A stretch of 64,000 nt of DNA from contig CAKUOX010000003.1 in the NCBI GenBank assembly GCA_934670175.1, forward strand, positions 1,279 through 65,278, read 5' to 3'. Below, one piece after another: positions 55,666 through 64,000 of this stretch (the stretch's first letter is position 1; each line of letters begins with the position of its first letter). The notes under the pieces are model-generated. The model was not told the DNA's origin. It was given only the letters and a program-made list of their open reading frames with translations, and searched no databases. The stretch comes from an uncultured Clostridia bacterium (GTDB taxonomy: Bacteria > Bacillota > Clostridia > Christensenellales > Aristaeellaceae). A program made the position numbers and the translations under genes.

Positions 55666-55698
55666 AACAAAAAACCGCTTCGAAATCGAAGCGGTTTG
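55666..55698 (-). terminator. Intrinsic terminator after rplT
   Basis: Minus strand AAACCGCUUCG/CGAAGCGGUUU followed by UUUUGUUG. Confidence 0.75.
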
Positions 55699-55729
55699 AA
55701 TGAAGCGCCGTTTTATACTGGAATCAGTA

Positions 55730-56086
55730 TTACTTCACAGCGTTCTTGGCGGTCTCTGCCAGCGCCGCGAAAGCAGCGGGATCAGAGATGGCCAGCTCGG
55801 CGAGCATCTTGCGGTTGATGTCCACGCCAGCGACCTTCAGGCCGTTGATCATCTTGGAGTAGGACAGACCATTGATGCGGGCGGCGGCGTTGATGCGGGC
55901 GATCCACAGGCTGCGGAAATCGCGCTTTTTCATCTTGCGGCCGATATAGGCGTAGCGCAGGGAGCGGCGAACCTGTTCGCTGGCTGCACGATACTGCTTG
56001 CTCTTCGCGCCAAAGTAACCCTTGGCGAGCTTCATGATCTTACGCTTTTTCTTCTGTGCGTTTACTGCACGCTTAACTCTTGCCAT
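55730..56086 (-). CDS. rplT: 50S ribosomal protein L20
   Basis: 118 aa, [17 protein letters not shown]. Confidence 0.97.
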   Translation of the reverse strand: MARVKRAVNAQKKKRKIMKLAKGYFGAKSKQYRAASEQVRRSLRYAYIGRKMKKRDFRSLWIARINAAARINGLSYSKMINGLKVAGVDINRKMLAELAISDPAAFAALAETAKNAVK

Positions 56087-56101
56087 TCTTGATTCGCCTC
56101 C

Positions 56102-56299
56102 TTACTTGTACGGGATGAGCTTCTTCATCGTCTTGCCTTCGGTGGTGGTCAGATATTCGGCCTTGCGAAGGTTACGGGTACGCTTGGTGGGCTTTTTGGT
56201 CAGAATATGACGCTTGAAGGCCTGGGCATGCTTCACCTTGCCGGATTTGGTCAGATCAAAGCGCTTTGCTGCGCCCTTGTGCGTTTTCTGTTTGGGCAT
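56102..56299 (-). CDS. rpmI: 50S ribosomal protein L35
   Basis: 65 aa, [14 protein letters not shown]. Confidence 0.95.
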   Translation of the reverse strand: MPKQKTHKGAAKRFDLTKSGKVKHAQAFKRHILTKKPTKRTRNLRKAEYLTTTEGKTMKKLIPYK

Positions 56300-56331
56300 T
56301 GGGGTATCCTCCTCTCATCAATGGCTATGCG

Positions 56332-56844
56332 CTAATTCGCATCCCTTGGGCTAATGAACATCGACATATTGCGGCCCTCGATGGTGGGCTGCTTATCGAT
56401 CGTTCCGTACTCCTTGATTCGTTCCGCAAAATCGTGCATCACTTCGCGTCCGATCTCCGAATGGGTGATCTGGCGGCCGCGGAAGCGAATCGTTACCTTA
56501 ACCTTGTTTCCGTCCTGAAGGAACTTGATGGCATTCTTCACGCGAACATCCACATCATGATCTTCAATGGTAGCGGAAAGGCGCACCTCTTTAACTTCAA
56601 TGACCTTCTGATTCTTGCGGATTTCGCGCTCGCGCTTGGATTGTTCGAAGCGATACTTGCCATAATCCATCAGCTTGCACACGGGCGGCTTCGCCTGGGG
56701 CGCGATTTTAACGAGATCCAGCTGGTGTTCATCTGCCAGATTCAGTGCCTGTCGGATGGGCATAACGCCGAGCTGTTCGCCGTTCTGATCCACAACGCGC
56801 ACTTCACGGTCGCGGATCTCCTCGTTAATCATGAGATCGTTAAT
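56332..56844 (-). CDS. infC: Translation initiation factor IF-3, with an AUU start
   Basis: AGGAGGTG, 7 nt, then ATT AAC GAT CTC ATG ATT AAC GAG. The protein continues INEEIRDREVRVVDQNGEQLGV. Confidence 0.9.
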   Translation of the reverse strand: MNDLMINEEIRDREVRVVDQNGEQLGVMPIRQALNLADEHQLDLVKIAPQAKPPVCKLMDYGKYRFEQSKREREIRKNQKVIEVKEVRLSATIEDHDVDVRVKNAIKFLQDGNKVKVTIRFRGRQITHSEIGREVMHDFAERIKEYGTIDKQPTIEGRNMSMFISPRDAN

Positions 56845-56977
56845 ACGGATGCACCTCCTGTTGAAAGTTCTGGTAATTGAAAAAGAGCAGCGCAAAGCGC
56901 CACTCTTCAATATCCTTTGGGATAACCTGAAACCATTGCAATATGCTCGCAAGGTGAGAAGTGGTCGCTTCTGCTTA
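56845..56977 (-). promoter_or_regulatory. L20-leader-like attenuator upstream of infC
   Basis: The ~130-nt leader ends in the hairpin GAGUGGCGC-UUU-GCGCUGCUC followed by UUUUU (56881-56905). Confidence 0.5.
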
Positions 56978-56984
56978 CTAAGTT

Positions 56985-57013
56985 ATTATAGCACGCCGCG
57001 TCCCCCATGGCAA
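56985..57013 (-). promoter_or_regulatory. infC operon promoter
   Basis: The minus strand reads TTGCCA, 17 nt, TATAAT. Confidence 0.6.
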
Positions 57014-57043
57014 GCACTTTTCTTGTAAATTTTTCATCCGTTT

Positions 57044-58084
57044 TCAGCTCAGCCGCCGCAGCCGGCCGATCAGGCCGAACACGCAGAACATCGCCAGATC
57101 CACCAGCACGATGCCCGCGCCTGCCGGAATCGAATACAGGCAGGAGAGCATGATGCCCGCCACAAAGCAGCACACCGATACCGCCGCCGACGAGATCAGT
57201 ACCGCCCGAAAGCGCGAAAAAACGCGCATGGACGTGAGCGCCGGGAAGATAATCAGGCTGGAGATCAGCATCGTGCCCATCATGCGCATGCCCACTACGA
57301 TGGTCACCGCCGTGAGCACGGCAATGAGCATGTTGAACAGTCCCGTTTTCGTGCCCGTGGCGCGCGCGAAGGTCTCGTCGAAGGTCACGGCGAAAATACG
57401 ATTATAAAAAAGCGCGAACAACGCCAGAACAATGACCGACAGCGCGATCGAAACGGCCACATCCGCGCCGCTCATCGCCAGTATGCTGCCAAACATGTAG
57501 TTCATGACGTCCACATTCATGCCGCTGGTGAGCGATGTGGCCAGCACACCCACCGCCAGCGCGCCAGTAGAAAGCAGCGCGATCGCCGCGTCGCCGTGAA
57601 TGCGGCTGCTGCCGCTCAGGCGCAGGATCAAAAAAGCGAGCGCAATGACCACCACCAGCGTAAACGGCAGCGGAGACGCCGCTATGGAAGCGCAGACCGA
57701 CGCGATCCAGCCGCGCAGCCCCGCAGGCAGGACGGACGGCAGCGCGTCCGCCGTCACAAAGCCCAGCGCCGCCGCGATGGACAATGCGCCAAAGCCCACA
57801 TGCGATAGCCCGTCGCCGATCATGGAATAGCGCTTTAAGACCAGCGTCACGCCCAGCAGCGCCGCGCAGAGCGACACCAGCGTGCCCACAAGAAGCGCGC
57901 GGCGGATGAATTTGTATTTGAGATACGCACCCATCTCCGCAAACGCGGCGCACACCGCATCGAATTTCAGGATCAGCAGCAGCAGGATCGCCGCCGCCAG
58001 AATGACCAGCGCGATGGCCGCGCGCTTTCGCTGGCGCGCGTTTCCACCGGGATGGGCAAGCAGCCTCGTCAGAAATTCGCTCAT
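57044..58084 (-). CDS. znuB: Metal (zinc) ABC transporter permease
   Basis: The start is set at MSEFLTRLL (ATG 58082-58084), overlapping the znuC stop as ATGA. Polytopic. Confidence 0.8.
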   Translation of the reverse strand: MSEFLTRLLAHPGGNARQRKRAAIALVILAAAILLLLILKFDAVCAAFAEMGAYLKYKFIRRALLVGTLVSLCAALLGVTLVLKRYSMIGDGLSHVGFGALSIAAALGFVTADALPSVLPAGLRGWIASVCASIAASPLPFTLVVVIALAFLILRLSGSSRIHGDAAIALLSTGALAVGVLATSLTSGMNVDVMNYMFGSILAMSGADVAVSIALSVIVLALFALFYNRIFAVTFDETFARATGTKTGLFNMLIAVLTAVTIVVGMRMMGTMLISSLIIFPALTSMRVFSRFRAVLISSAAVSVCCFVAGIMLSCLYSIPAGAGIVLVDLAMFCVFGLIGRLRRLS

Positions 58085-58773
58085 ACGCTTCCCTCCTGCG
58101 CCGCGCGGCGGCGATAATCCTCGATCGAACCGAAAAAGCCGACGCCTCGATCCACCTCCAGCACATGCGTGGCGTCCGCCATAGCCGACCGCAGATCGTG
58201 CGACACCATGCCGATGCTCACGCCGTGCTCGCGATTCAAGCGGCGCACCAGCTGATAAAGCTCCTGCGTCGTCGCCGGATCCAGCCCGGTCACCGGCTCG
58301 TCCAGCAGCAGCAGCGAATCCGTAGCGCACAGCGCGCGCGCCAGCCGCACGCGCTGCTGCTGACCGCCCGAAAGCGTCCGATAGGGCGCGCGCCGCAGAT
58401 CCTCAATATCCAGCAGGCGCAGCTTTTCCCGCGCCTTTTCCCGCAGCGCCCTGCCATAGAAGAAGTGCCCGCCCAGCTGATTGGCGCAGCCCGACAGCAC
58501 GACCTCTTCGACCGACGCCGGAAAATCCCGCTGCGCCATGGTCTGCTGCGGCAGATAGCCGATCTGCGTGCGCCTGAGCCCGTCGCCATAGAGTATCTGC
58601 CCGCCGCGCACGCGCACCAGCCCCAGCATGGCGCGCACCAGCGTGCTCTTGCCGGAGCCGTTTTCGCCAACGATCACCAGATAATCGCCGCGCCCGATCT
58701 GAAACGATACGTTTTCGACCGCAGTAACGCCGTCAAAGGTGATGGTGACATTCTGTACCGTGATCAGCGCCAT
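58081..58773 (-). CDS. znuC: Metal (zinc) ABC transporter ATP-binding protein
   Basis: The start is set at MALITVQNV (ATG 58771-58773). Contains GENGSGKSTL and LSGGQQQR. Confidence 0.85.
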   Translation of the reverse strand: MALITVQNVTITFDGVTAVENVSFQIGRGDYLVIVGENGSGKSTLVRAMLGLVRVRGGQILYGDGLRRTQIGYLPQQTMAQRDFPASVEEVVLSGCANQLGGHFFYGRALREKAREKLRLLDIEDLRRAPYRTLSGGQQQRVRLARALCATDSLLLLDEPVTGLDPATTQELYQLVRRLNREHGVSIGMVSHDLRSAMADATHVLEVDRGVGFFGSIEDYRRRAAQEGSV

Positions 58774-59194
58774 CTGCCTCTTCCCCCTTCGTCTGCTTTG
58801 CACAGCTGCCGCATATGCCCACCAGCACGCTCTCGCGCGGATCCAGCTCGAAGCCGTGATCCTCGGAAATATGCCGGAACATCTGCTTGAGCAGCGCGCA
58901 GTCCACATGATAAAGCCTGCCGCAGCGCTTGCACATCATATGAAAGTGCTCCGAACAGGCCTCGTGCGCCGCCACATGCTGATACAACGTTATGCCGCGC
59001 AGGTTCTGATACTTGCGCACCTCGCCCTGCTCGGCCAGCGATTCCAGATAGCGGTACGCCGTGGTTCGGCCAATGGTCTCGCCCTGGCCGTGCATGCCTG
59101 CCACCAGATCGTCCACCGAATAGGATTCCAGATCGTGCCGCCGCAGAAACGCCAGCATCTCACGCTTCTGGCGGGTGTTGTATTCACCGCGCAT
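58733..59194 (-). CDS. zur: Fur-family zinc uptake regulator
   Basis: 153 aa with CKRCGRLYHVDC and GICGSC. Its last 41 nt overlap znuC. Confidence 0.75.
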   Translation of the reverse strand: MRGEYNTRQKREMLAFLRRHDLESYSVDDLVAGMHGQGETIGRTTAYRYLESLAEQGEVRKYQNLRGITLYQHVAAHEACSEHFHMMCKRCGRLYHVDCALLKQMFRHISEDHGFELDPRESVLVGICGSCAKQTKGEEADGADHGTECHHHL

Positions 59195-60144
59195 CAGCTT
59201 AGTCCCTCCCTCAGTGCGTCCACATTCCTGCGCATCAGGCTGACATAGGTCTCCCCCGCCGCAAAATCCGCTTCGGAGACGGTCTGAACCGAATAAAACG
59301 TGCGTATCGCCGCGCCGGTCTCCTCGGCAATCACCCTTGCGGTGCGCTGGTTGCTCAGCTCAATGGTGTAGATCACCGGCACGCCATCGCGCGCGATGCG
59401 ATCGATCAAAAAGACCATCGTGCTGGCGCTCGGCTCGCTCTCCGCCGCGCAGGACGGAAACGCCGCGTAATAATCCAGCCCATACTCGCGCACAAAATAC
59501 AGGAACGGGAAGCGATCCGCAAAGATCATTTCGCGCCGCGCGCCGCCGGATACGACCTCGCGGAACGCCGCGTCGATCTCGCTGATCTCGCCTTCATACG
59601 CCTGCGCGTTTTGCGTAAAGCGCGCCGCGTCCTCCGGCGCGACCCTGCACAGCGCCGCGCAGACGGCGTTCACCATCTGCATGGCGTTTACCGGCGACGT
59701 CCAGATATGCTCGTCGTACTCCGTTTCGTCCGCCGCGTGCGCGTGTCCCTCGTGCAGCGTCATGCCCTCGCGCGTCTCCTCGCTGAGCGCATGCACACAG
59801 TCGATCAGCCTGAGCGCTGCGGGCGCGCCGTCACCAAACGATTCCAGTATATCGTCGACCCACACGTCGCTCTCGCCGCCGATATAAATGAACAGATCGC
59901 ATTCGGCAATGGTGAGAATATCCGTGGGCGACGGCTCGTAGGAATGTACCTCCGCGCCGGGCCGGATCAACAGCGTCAGCTCCGCGCGGTCTCCTGATAC
60001 CGCGCGTGCGAAATCGTAGCATGGAAAATCTGTGCATACGATGCGCAGCGCGCCGTTCGCCGGCGCCGCCTGAACGAACGTACAGCCTGCAAGCAGCAGC
60101 GCCGCCGCGAGCAGCAGCGGCAGCAGCCTGGTTCCATTTCGCAT
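59194..60144 (-). CDS. znuA: Zinc ABC transporter substrate-binding lipoprotein (ZnuA/TroA family)
   Basis: Lipobox LLAGC and the acidic/His loop HEGHAHAADETEYDEH. Confidence 0.85.
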   Translation of the reverse strand: MRNGTRLLPLLLAAALLLAGCTFVQAAPANGALRIVCTDFPCYDFARAVSGDRAELTLLIRPGAEVHSYEPSPTDILTIAECDLFIYIGGESDVWVDDILESFGDGAPAALRLIDCVHALSEETREGMTLHEGHAHAADETEYDEHIWTSPVNAMQMVNAVCAALCRVAPEDAARFTQNAQAYEGEISEIDAAFREVVSGGARREMIFADRFPFLYFVREYGLDYYAAFPSCAAESEPSASTMVFLIDRIARDGVPVIYTIELSNQRTARVIAEETGAAIRTFYSVQTVSEADFAAGETYVSLMRRNVDALREGLS

Positions 60145-60163
60145 CTATAATCGCTCCATTTTT

Positions 60164-60218
60164 GATTTTGAAATTCAATTTCAAATTCGATTATAGTCGA
60201 AGTGTGCCGTGCCGTCAA
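60164..60218 (-). promoter_or_regulatory. znuA promoter with a 25-nt palindromic operator (Zur box candidate)
   Basis: The minus strand reads TTGACG, 17 nt, TATAAT. Immediately downstream is GATTTTGAAATTcAATTTCAAATTC (60164-60188), a 12-1-12 palindrome with one mismatched pair. Confidence 0.6.
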
Positions 60219-60350
60219 GTAAATTATACAAAAATCGCCGATGTCTCAAAAAAATGATTATCAAATGCACTTATACTTTCTGCCGAGCGCACGCGCCCCC
60301 TTCACCGCTTCGGCTGATCCTCCCCTCTAAAAAAAGTTTGCGTATAGGGC

Positions 60351-60387
60351 TTGACAAATCCCATACTACTGAATATAATACAGTAGT
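60351..60387 (+). promoter_or_regulatory. padR promoter with an inverted repeat straddling the -10
   Basis: TTGACA, 17 nt, TATAAT. ACTACTG (60365-60371) and CAGTAGT (60381-60387) flank the -10 hexamer. Confidence 0.55.
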
Positions 60388-60411
60388 GAAGCAAGCAGAA
60401 GGAGGAATTAA

Positions 60412-60732
60412 ATGAATGCACAGTATAAGAAAGGCGTTCTGGAGCTCTGTGTGCTGTCCCTGCTGAAAAAGCACAATTGCTACGGCTACGAGATCTCGGA
60501 ATACCTTTCCGGCCATATCGACATTGCAGACGGAACCGTCTACCCCATTTTGCGCAAACTGAAGGCGGATGGACTGCTCACCACCTACCTGCAGGAGGAG
60601 AGCGGCGGCCCGCCGCGCAAGTACTACAAGCTCACGCAGCTCGGTCTTGAGTCCTATCTGGCGGATCGGGCGGAATATCTGAAATTTGCTGGAGCAGTAA
60701 AGAAGCTTCTGGAGGATGATGAAAATGACTAA
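60412..60732 (+). CDS. PadR-family transcriptional regulator
   Basis: GYEISEYL...DGTVYPILRKLKADGLL. Confidence 0.85.
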   Translation: MNAQYKKGVLELCVLSLLKKHNCYGYEISEYLSGHIDIADGTVYPILRKLKADGLLTTYLQEESGGPPRKYYKLTQLGLESYLADRAEYLKFAGAVKKLLEDDEND

Positions 60733-61453
60733 GCATGAATTTCTGAATCGCTTTTCCAATGAACTGAATCGCCGCGGCGTCGCCGACGCCGAAGACATCG
60801 TTGAAGAATACGCGCAGCACTTCGCCTTCAAGCAGGCGGACGGCTATTCCGAGGAAGAGATCGCCGCCAAGCTGGGCGATCCGGCGCAGCTGGCCGCACA
60901 GTTTGAACAGTCTGCCGCCGAGCAAAGCGCCCGTGGCAAAAAAGCCGCCGTCGTGACCGGCCTGTGCTTTCTGGACATCGTATCGGGGCTCGCGTTTATC
61001 GCGCTGGCGGCCTTCGGCGTGGTGCTCTCCGTCGCGGCGCTGGCCTTTGCCGCCGCGGGCGTCTGCCTGATCGGCGAGCTGAACCCCTACGCGCTGATCC
61101 CCGCCATGCCGTATGCCTCCGCGCTGGTCTTCGCGCTGGCGCTGCTGGCCCTGTGCGCGCTGACCGCCTGCGGCTGTATCTGGTACATTGCATTTCTGCG
61201 TCAGAGCGTGCGCGCCTTCTGCCGCTTCCAGAGCAACGCATTGGCCAACGCCAACGGACGCGCCGCGCTGCCCGCACTGCCCATGCAGCCGCAGCTGGAT
61301 CGCCGCTGTGCGCGCCGCCTGCGCAGGATCGCGCGCGTATCGCTGATGCTGTTCGCGGTACTGTCGATCGCGGGCTTCGCGCTGTCCGCCATCCTTTCGG
61401 GTGCATTTGAATTCTGGCATGCCTGGCGCTGGTTTGCAAGCGAGGCGATCTGA
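60725..61453 (+). CDS. DUF1700-like membrane protein (usual PadR partner)
   Basis: MTKHEFLNRFSNELNRRGV...EEEIAAKLGDP followed by TM helices. The start could also be 60716 or 60719. Confidence 0.6.
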   Translation: MTKHEFLNRFSNELNRRGVADAEDIVEEYAQHFAFKQADGYSEEEIAAKLGDPAQLAAQFEQSAAEQSARGKKAAVVTGLCFLDIVSGLAFIALAAFGVVLSVAALAFAAAGVCLIGELNPYALIPAMPYASALVFALALLALCALTACGCIWYIAFLRQSVRAFCRFQSNALANANGRAALPALPMQPQLDRRCARRLRRIARVSLMLFAVLSIAGFALSAILSGAFEFWHAWRWFASEAI

Positions 61454-61455
61454 GC

Positions 61456-62316
61456 ATGAAAACGATCGTCATTACAGGCGCGACCTCCGGCATCGGCTTT
61501 GAAACGGCAAAGCTGCTGGCCGCGAAGGGTTTCCGCATTATCGGCATCGGGCGCAGCGAGCAGCGCTGCACCCGAGCAAAGACGGCGATACTGGCCGCCG
61601 TGCCCGAGGCCGAGGTCAGCTATTTCACCGCCGACCTGATGCAGCAGCGCGAGGTAAACCACATAGCAGCGGTGCTGACGGACTATATTGTATCGGACTG
61701 CGGCGGGCAGCTGTTCGCGCTCATCAACAACGCAGGCTGCGCGCGCGGCCGCTACATGACGACCGAAGACGGCTACGAGCAGCAATTCGCGCTGAATTAT
61801 CTATCCGCATTTCTGCTGACCTATCGCCTGCTGCCGCTGATCCGAGCTGCCAACGGGCGCGTGCTCATGACGGGCAGTCAGTCACACAAGGGCAGCCGCA
61901 TACACTGGAACGACGTGATGCTGTCTCGCCGCTACGGCCCGCTGACGGCGTACAAGCAATCCAAGCTGTGCGGCATACTCTTTGCGAAGGGCTTAAACGA
62001 TCGCTTCGAGCAGCTCGGCGTCCGTGCCTATGTAGTGGATCCGGGACTCGTGCGCACGGACATCGGCAACAAGGATGCCGGCTGGCTGGTCAACCTGGTC
62101 TGGTCGCTGCGAAAGCTGGGCGGCGTCAGTCCGGAAATACCGGCAAAGACCTACGCCTGCCTTTGCGAAGCGCAGGATGCCCCGGACGGTCTCTACTATT
62201 ACTTATGCCGAAAACGCGCTTACAGCCGCAAGGTCACGCGCGAAAACGCCGACCGGCTGTTTGCACTCAGCGAGCGGCTGTGCGGGATTTCCTATGAAGG
62301 GGTAAGAATGCCATGA
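61456..62316 (+). CDS. SDR-family oxidoreductase
   Basis: ITGATSGIG, and YKQSK for the catalytic YxxxK. Confidence 0.85.
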   Translation: MKTIVITGATSGIGFETAKLLAAKGFRIIGIGRSEQRCTRAKTAILAAVPEAEVSYFTADLMQQREVNHIAAVLTDYIVSDCGGQLFALINNAGCARGRYMTTEDGYEQQFALNYLSAFLLTYRLLPLIRAANGRVLMTGSQSHKGSRIHWNDVMLSRRYGPLTAYKQSKLCGILFAKGLNDRFEQLGVRAYVVDPGLVRTDIGNKDAGWLVNLVWSLRKLGGVSPEIPAKTYACLCEAQDAPDGLYYYLCRKRAYSRKVTRENADRLFALSERLCGISYEGVRMP

Positions 62317-63125
62317 ACGTTTTGATAACGGGCGCAGCGGGCGGCCTCGGGCGCGCCATGGCGGTGGAATGCGCGCGGCGCGGCTATCGGCTGTTTCTGA
62401 CCGACGTGAATGCGGATGGGCTTCGCTGCCTGCAGACCGGACTTGAACGGCAGTTTGCCGCCACAGCCGCAATAAAGGCCTGCGATCTTACGAATCCCGA
62501 AAGCGTGGATGCGCTGCTCGCCGTGCTGGACGCTTCCGGCATCCAGTTCGACATGCTGCTCAATATCGCGGGCGTCGATTTTGAGGGCGGCTTCATGGAG
62601 CGCGACCGCGAGCGCGTGGTCAAAATCGTCGCGCTGAACGACGCCGGAACGCTGCGCATCACCCACGCCATTCTGGAACGCCGAGATCCCAAATGGGAAT
62701 TCACCGCGATATTTGTATCCAGCCTCGCGTCCCTGTTCCCCATGCCGTTGAAGGCGACCTATGCTGCATCCAAGCGCTTTTTACTGGATTTCGCCCTTTC
62801 GCTGCGGGAGGAATTGAAGGGCGACGGCGTGAATGTGCTCGCCCTCTGTCCCGCCGGTATGGCTACGACGGCTGAAAATATTCAGGCCATACGCGCGCAG
62901 GGCATTTGGGGCGAGGCGACCACCAACCCGCTGGAGCGCGTGGCGCGAAGGACGCTGGACTGCGCGCTGGACGGAAGGGCCATTGACATTCCCGGCACGC
63001 TGAACCGCCTGTTATCCAGCCTCGGCAAGATCGTGCCGCGCGTGTGGGTGGCGGCGATCATACGCTGGCGCTGGAAATGCGCGCAAAGAAAATGGCTGAA
63101 CGCATCCGGCTGTGCAAAGGCATAA
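62313..63125 (+). CDS. SDR-family oxidoreductase
   Basis: ITGAAGGLG, and YAASK for YxxxK. It overlaps the upstream SDR by 4 nt. Confidence 0.85.
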   Translation: MNVLITGAAGGLGRAMAVECARRGYRLFLTDVNADGLRCLQTGLERQFAATAAIKACDLTNPESVDALLAVLDASGIQFDMLLNIAGVDFEGGFMERDRERVVKIVALNDAGTLRITHAILERRDPKWEFTAIFVSSLASLFPMPLKATYAASKRFLLDFALSLREELKGDGVNVLALCPAGMATTAENIQAIRAQGIWGEATTNPLERVARRTLDCALDGRAIDIPGTLNRLLSSLGKIVPRVWVAAIIRWRWKCAQRKWLNASGCAKA

Positions 63126-63141
63126 CATAATCTGTACGTCA

Positions 63142-63174
63142 AAGCGGCGCTCCCATTTTCGGGGAGCGCCGCTT
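63142..63174. terminator. 13-bp hairpin between convergent genes
   Basis: AAGCGGCGCTCCC / GGGAGCGCCGCTT. Confidence 0.75.
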
Positions 63175-63188
63175 CATATACCTTCGTT

Positions 63189-63446
63189 TCAGTTTCCGAT
63201 CAGGATCCCGACGACGACCGCAATTACGATTAGCGCCGCCAGCGCATAGATGATAATATCCATCGTATGCAATGGGATCTTGATTTTGTCGTACAGTCGG
63301 CCGCGATTGCGATAGGCGTGGGCAAACTTCGCGTCGCCGGTCTCCTGCCGCAGCTTTTCTTCAAAGCCCGCGCCAGTTTCGCCGGTTCCCGCCGCCTGCT
63401 CCATTTTTGCACGCGCCTCGCGGCCAAGGTCACTCCTGCGCGCCAT
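63189..63446 (-). CDS. Small C-terminally anchored membrane protein, function unknown
   Basis: ATG at 63444-63446, 1 nt after the permease stop. C-terminal TM IIIYALAALIVIAVVVGILIG. Confidence 0.4.
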   Translation of the reverse strand: MARRSDLGREARAKMEQAAGTGETGAGFEEKLRQETGDAKFAHAYRNRGRLYDKIKIPLHTMDIIIYALAALIVIAVVVGILIGN

Positions 63447-63447
63447 A

Positions 63448-64000
63448 TTACTTCTTGGCAATGTACTTGCGCACGTCGATGGCCACGGCCAGGATGATGA
63501 TCAGACCGCGCACAACGTACTGCAGGTACGGGTTGACGCCCATGAACTGCAGGGAGTAGTTGATGGCCTGCAGCAGGATCGCGCCGATTACGACGCCCTG
63601 AATGGTGCCGACACCGCCGGAGAAGGAAACGCCGCCAACCACGACCGCGGAAATTGCGTCAGTTTCGTAGCTGCTACCGGTGTTCGCGCCGACGGAGGTA
63701 ATGCGCGCCGCCTCAAGGAAAGCGGAGGTGCCGTACAGGATACCGGCAATCAGGTACACCAGCATAATGGTCTTGGCCACGTTTACGCCGGAGACCGCCG
63801 CCGCTTCGGTGTTGCCGCCGACGGCGAACATGTTCTTGCCCAGACGGGTCTTGTTCCAGATTACCCACATGATCACGGCGATGATCAGGAAGTAAATGAC
63901 TACCTTGGGAATCTTCAGACCAAGAAGCGTCACATTGCCCGCCGCAAAGTTCAGGAAGTTCTGGTCGAAGGTGGACAGTGCCTGCGCCGTGCCCGAGGGC
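63448..64000 (-). CDS. Sugar ABC transporter permease (RbsC/MglC family), C-terminal part (gene continues beyond the window end)
   Basis: The frame stays open to the window edge. Contains NMFAVGGNTEAAAVSGVNV and VVGGVSFSGGVGT. Confidence 0.8.
   Translation of the reverse strand, partial: PSGTAQALSTFDQNFLNFAAGNVTLLGLKIPKVVIYFLIIAVIMWVIWNKTRLGKNMFAVGGNTEAAAVSGVNVAKTIMLVYLIAGILYGTSAFLEAARITSVGANTGSSYETDAISAVVVGGVSFSGGVGTIQGVVIGAILLQAINYSLQFMGVNPYLQYVVRGLIIILAVAIDVRKYIAKK

Noticed and set aside
57044-58908. Long N-terminal extensions of the znuB (428 aa) and znuC (275 aa) ORFs in the track.
   Set aside because: The extensions are Arg/Gly/Ala-rich and overlap the upstream genes. Family-typical N-termini begin at MSEFLTRLL and MALITVQNV, with ATGA-type coupling.
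1-64000. Search for prophage, integrase, transposase, restriction-modification, CRISPR-Cas or toxin-antitoxin genes across the window.
   Set aside because: None of the ORF translations shows the hallmark motifs of these families. The only mobile-element-like signals are the repeat structures reported in the findings.

Overview
This window is a 64-kb chromosomal segment from a high-G+C Firmicute. The gene content looks Clostridia-like: YesM/YesN-type sensors, DUF1540, an L20-leader infC-rpmI-rplT operon, a Cheo-like box before uvrBA, and an acetyl-CoA synthase gene. Most of it is housekeeping: RNase J (partial), a YprA/MrfA-like helicase, thiI plus a cysteine desulfurase, glmS, a class A PBP, uvrBA, greA, infC-rpmI-rplT and a Zur-controlled zinc ABC operon. 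It also holds a cobalamin-riboswitch-controlled cobamide salvage/remodelling operon (CbiR-like, cobT, cobU, cobS, a degenerate cobU paralog, cobC). A self-contained acsB-ferredoxin-RACo-DUF3786 operon has no CODH or CFeSP genes in view. Other genes include a Wzz/BY-kinase/phosphatase trio behind a diguanylate cyclase, a ROK-regulated sugar module, PadR-DUF1700 and two SDRs. I recognised no tRNA, rRNA, CRISPR array, transposase, integrase or phage gene.

The most interesting signal is a pair of 142-nt direct repeats (3 mismatches, no indels) exactly 11,909 bp apart, at 8664-8805 and 20573-20714. The glmS-proximal copy is the 3' two-thirds of an unassigned ~227-nt structured RNA gene. That gene has a TTGACG-17-TATAAT promoter starting 6 nt after the glmS stop, and a 13-position helix joins its 5' and 3' ends. 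The distal copy is a promoterless 3' fragment. The repeats bracket a lower-G+C cargo: a three-component sugar sensor, an LsrB-like ABC transporter and two atypical M24 proteins. This looks like an island integrated into an sRNA gene, but no recombinase is present. A still lower-G+C three-gene islet (zinc-ribbon protein, 2-TM protein, tiny lipoprotein) lies just beyond the distal repeat.

A second unexplained element sits in a 0.5-kb low-G+C gap between convergent genes at 32.3-32.8 kb. It is a hairpin-dense unit bounded by two identical 25-nt hairpins. All calls rest on reading the sequence and the supplied translations by eye; no database search or folding program was run.
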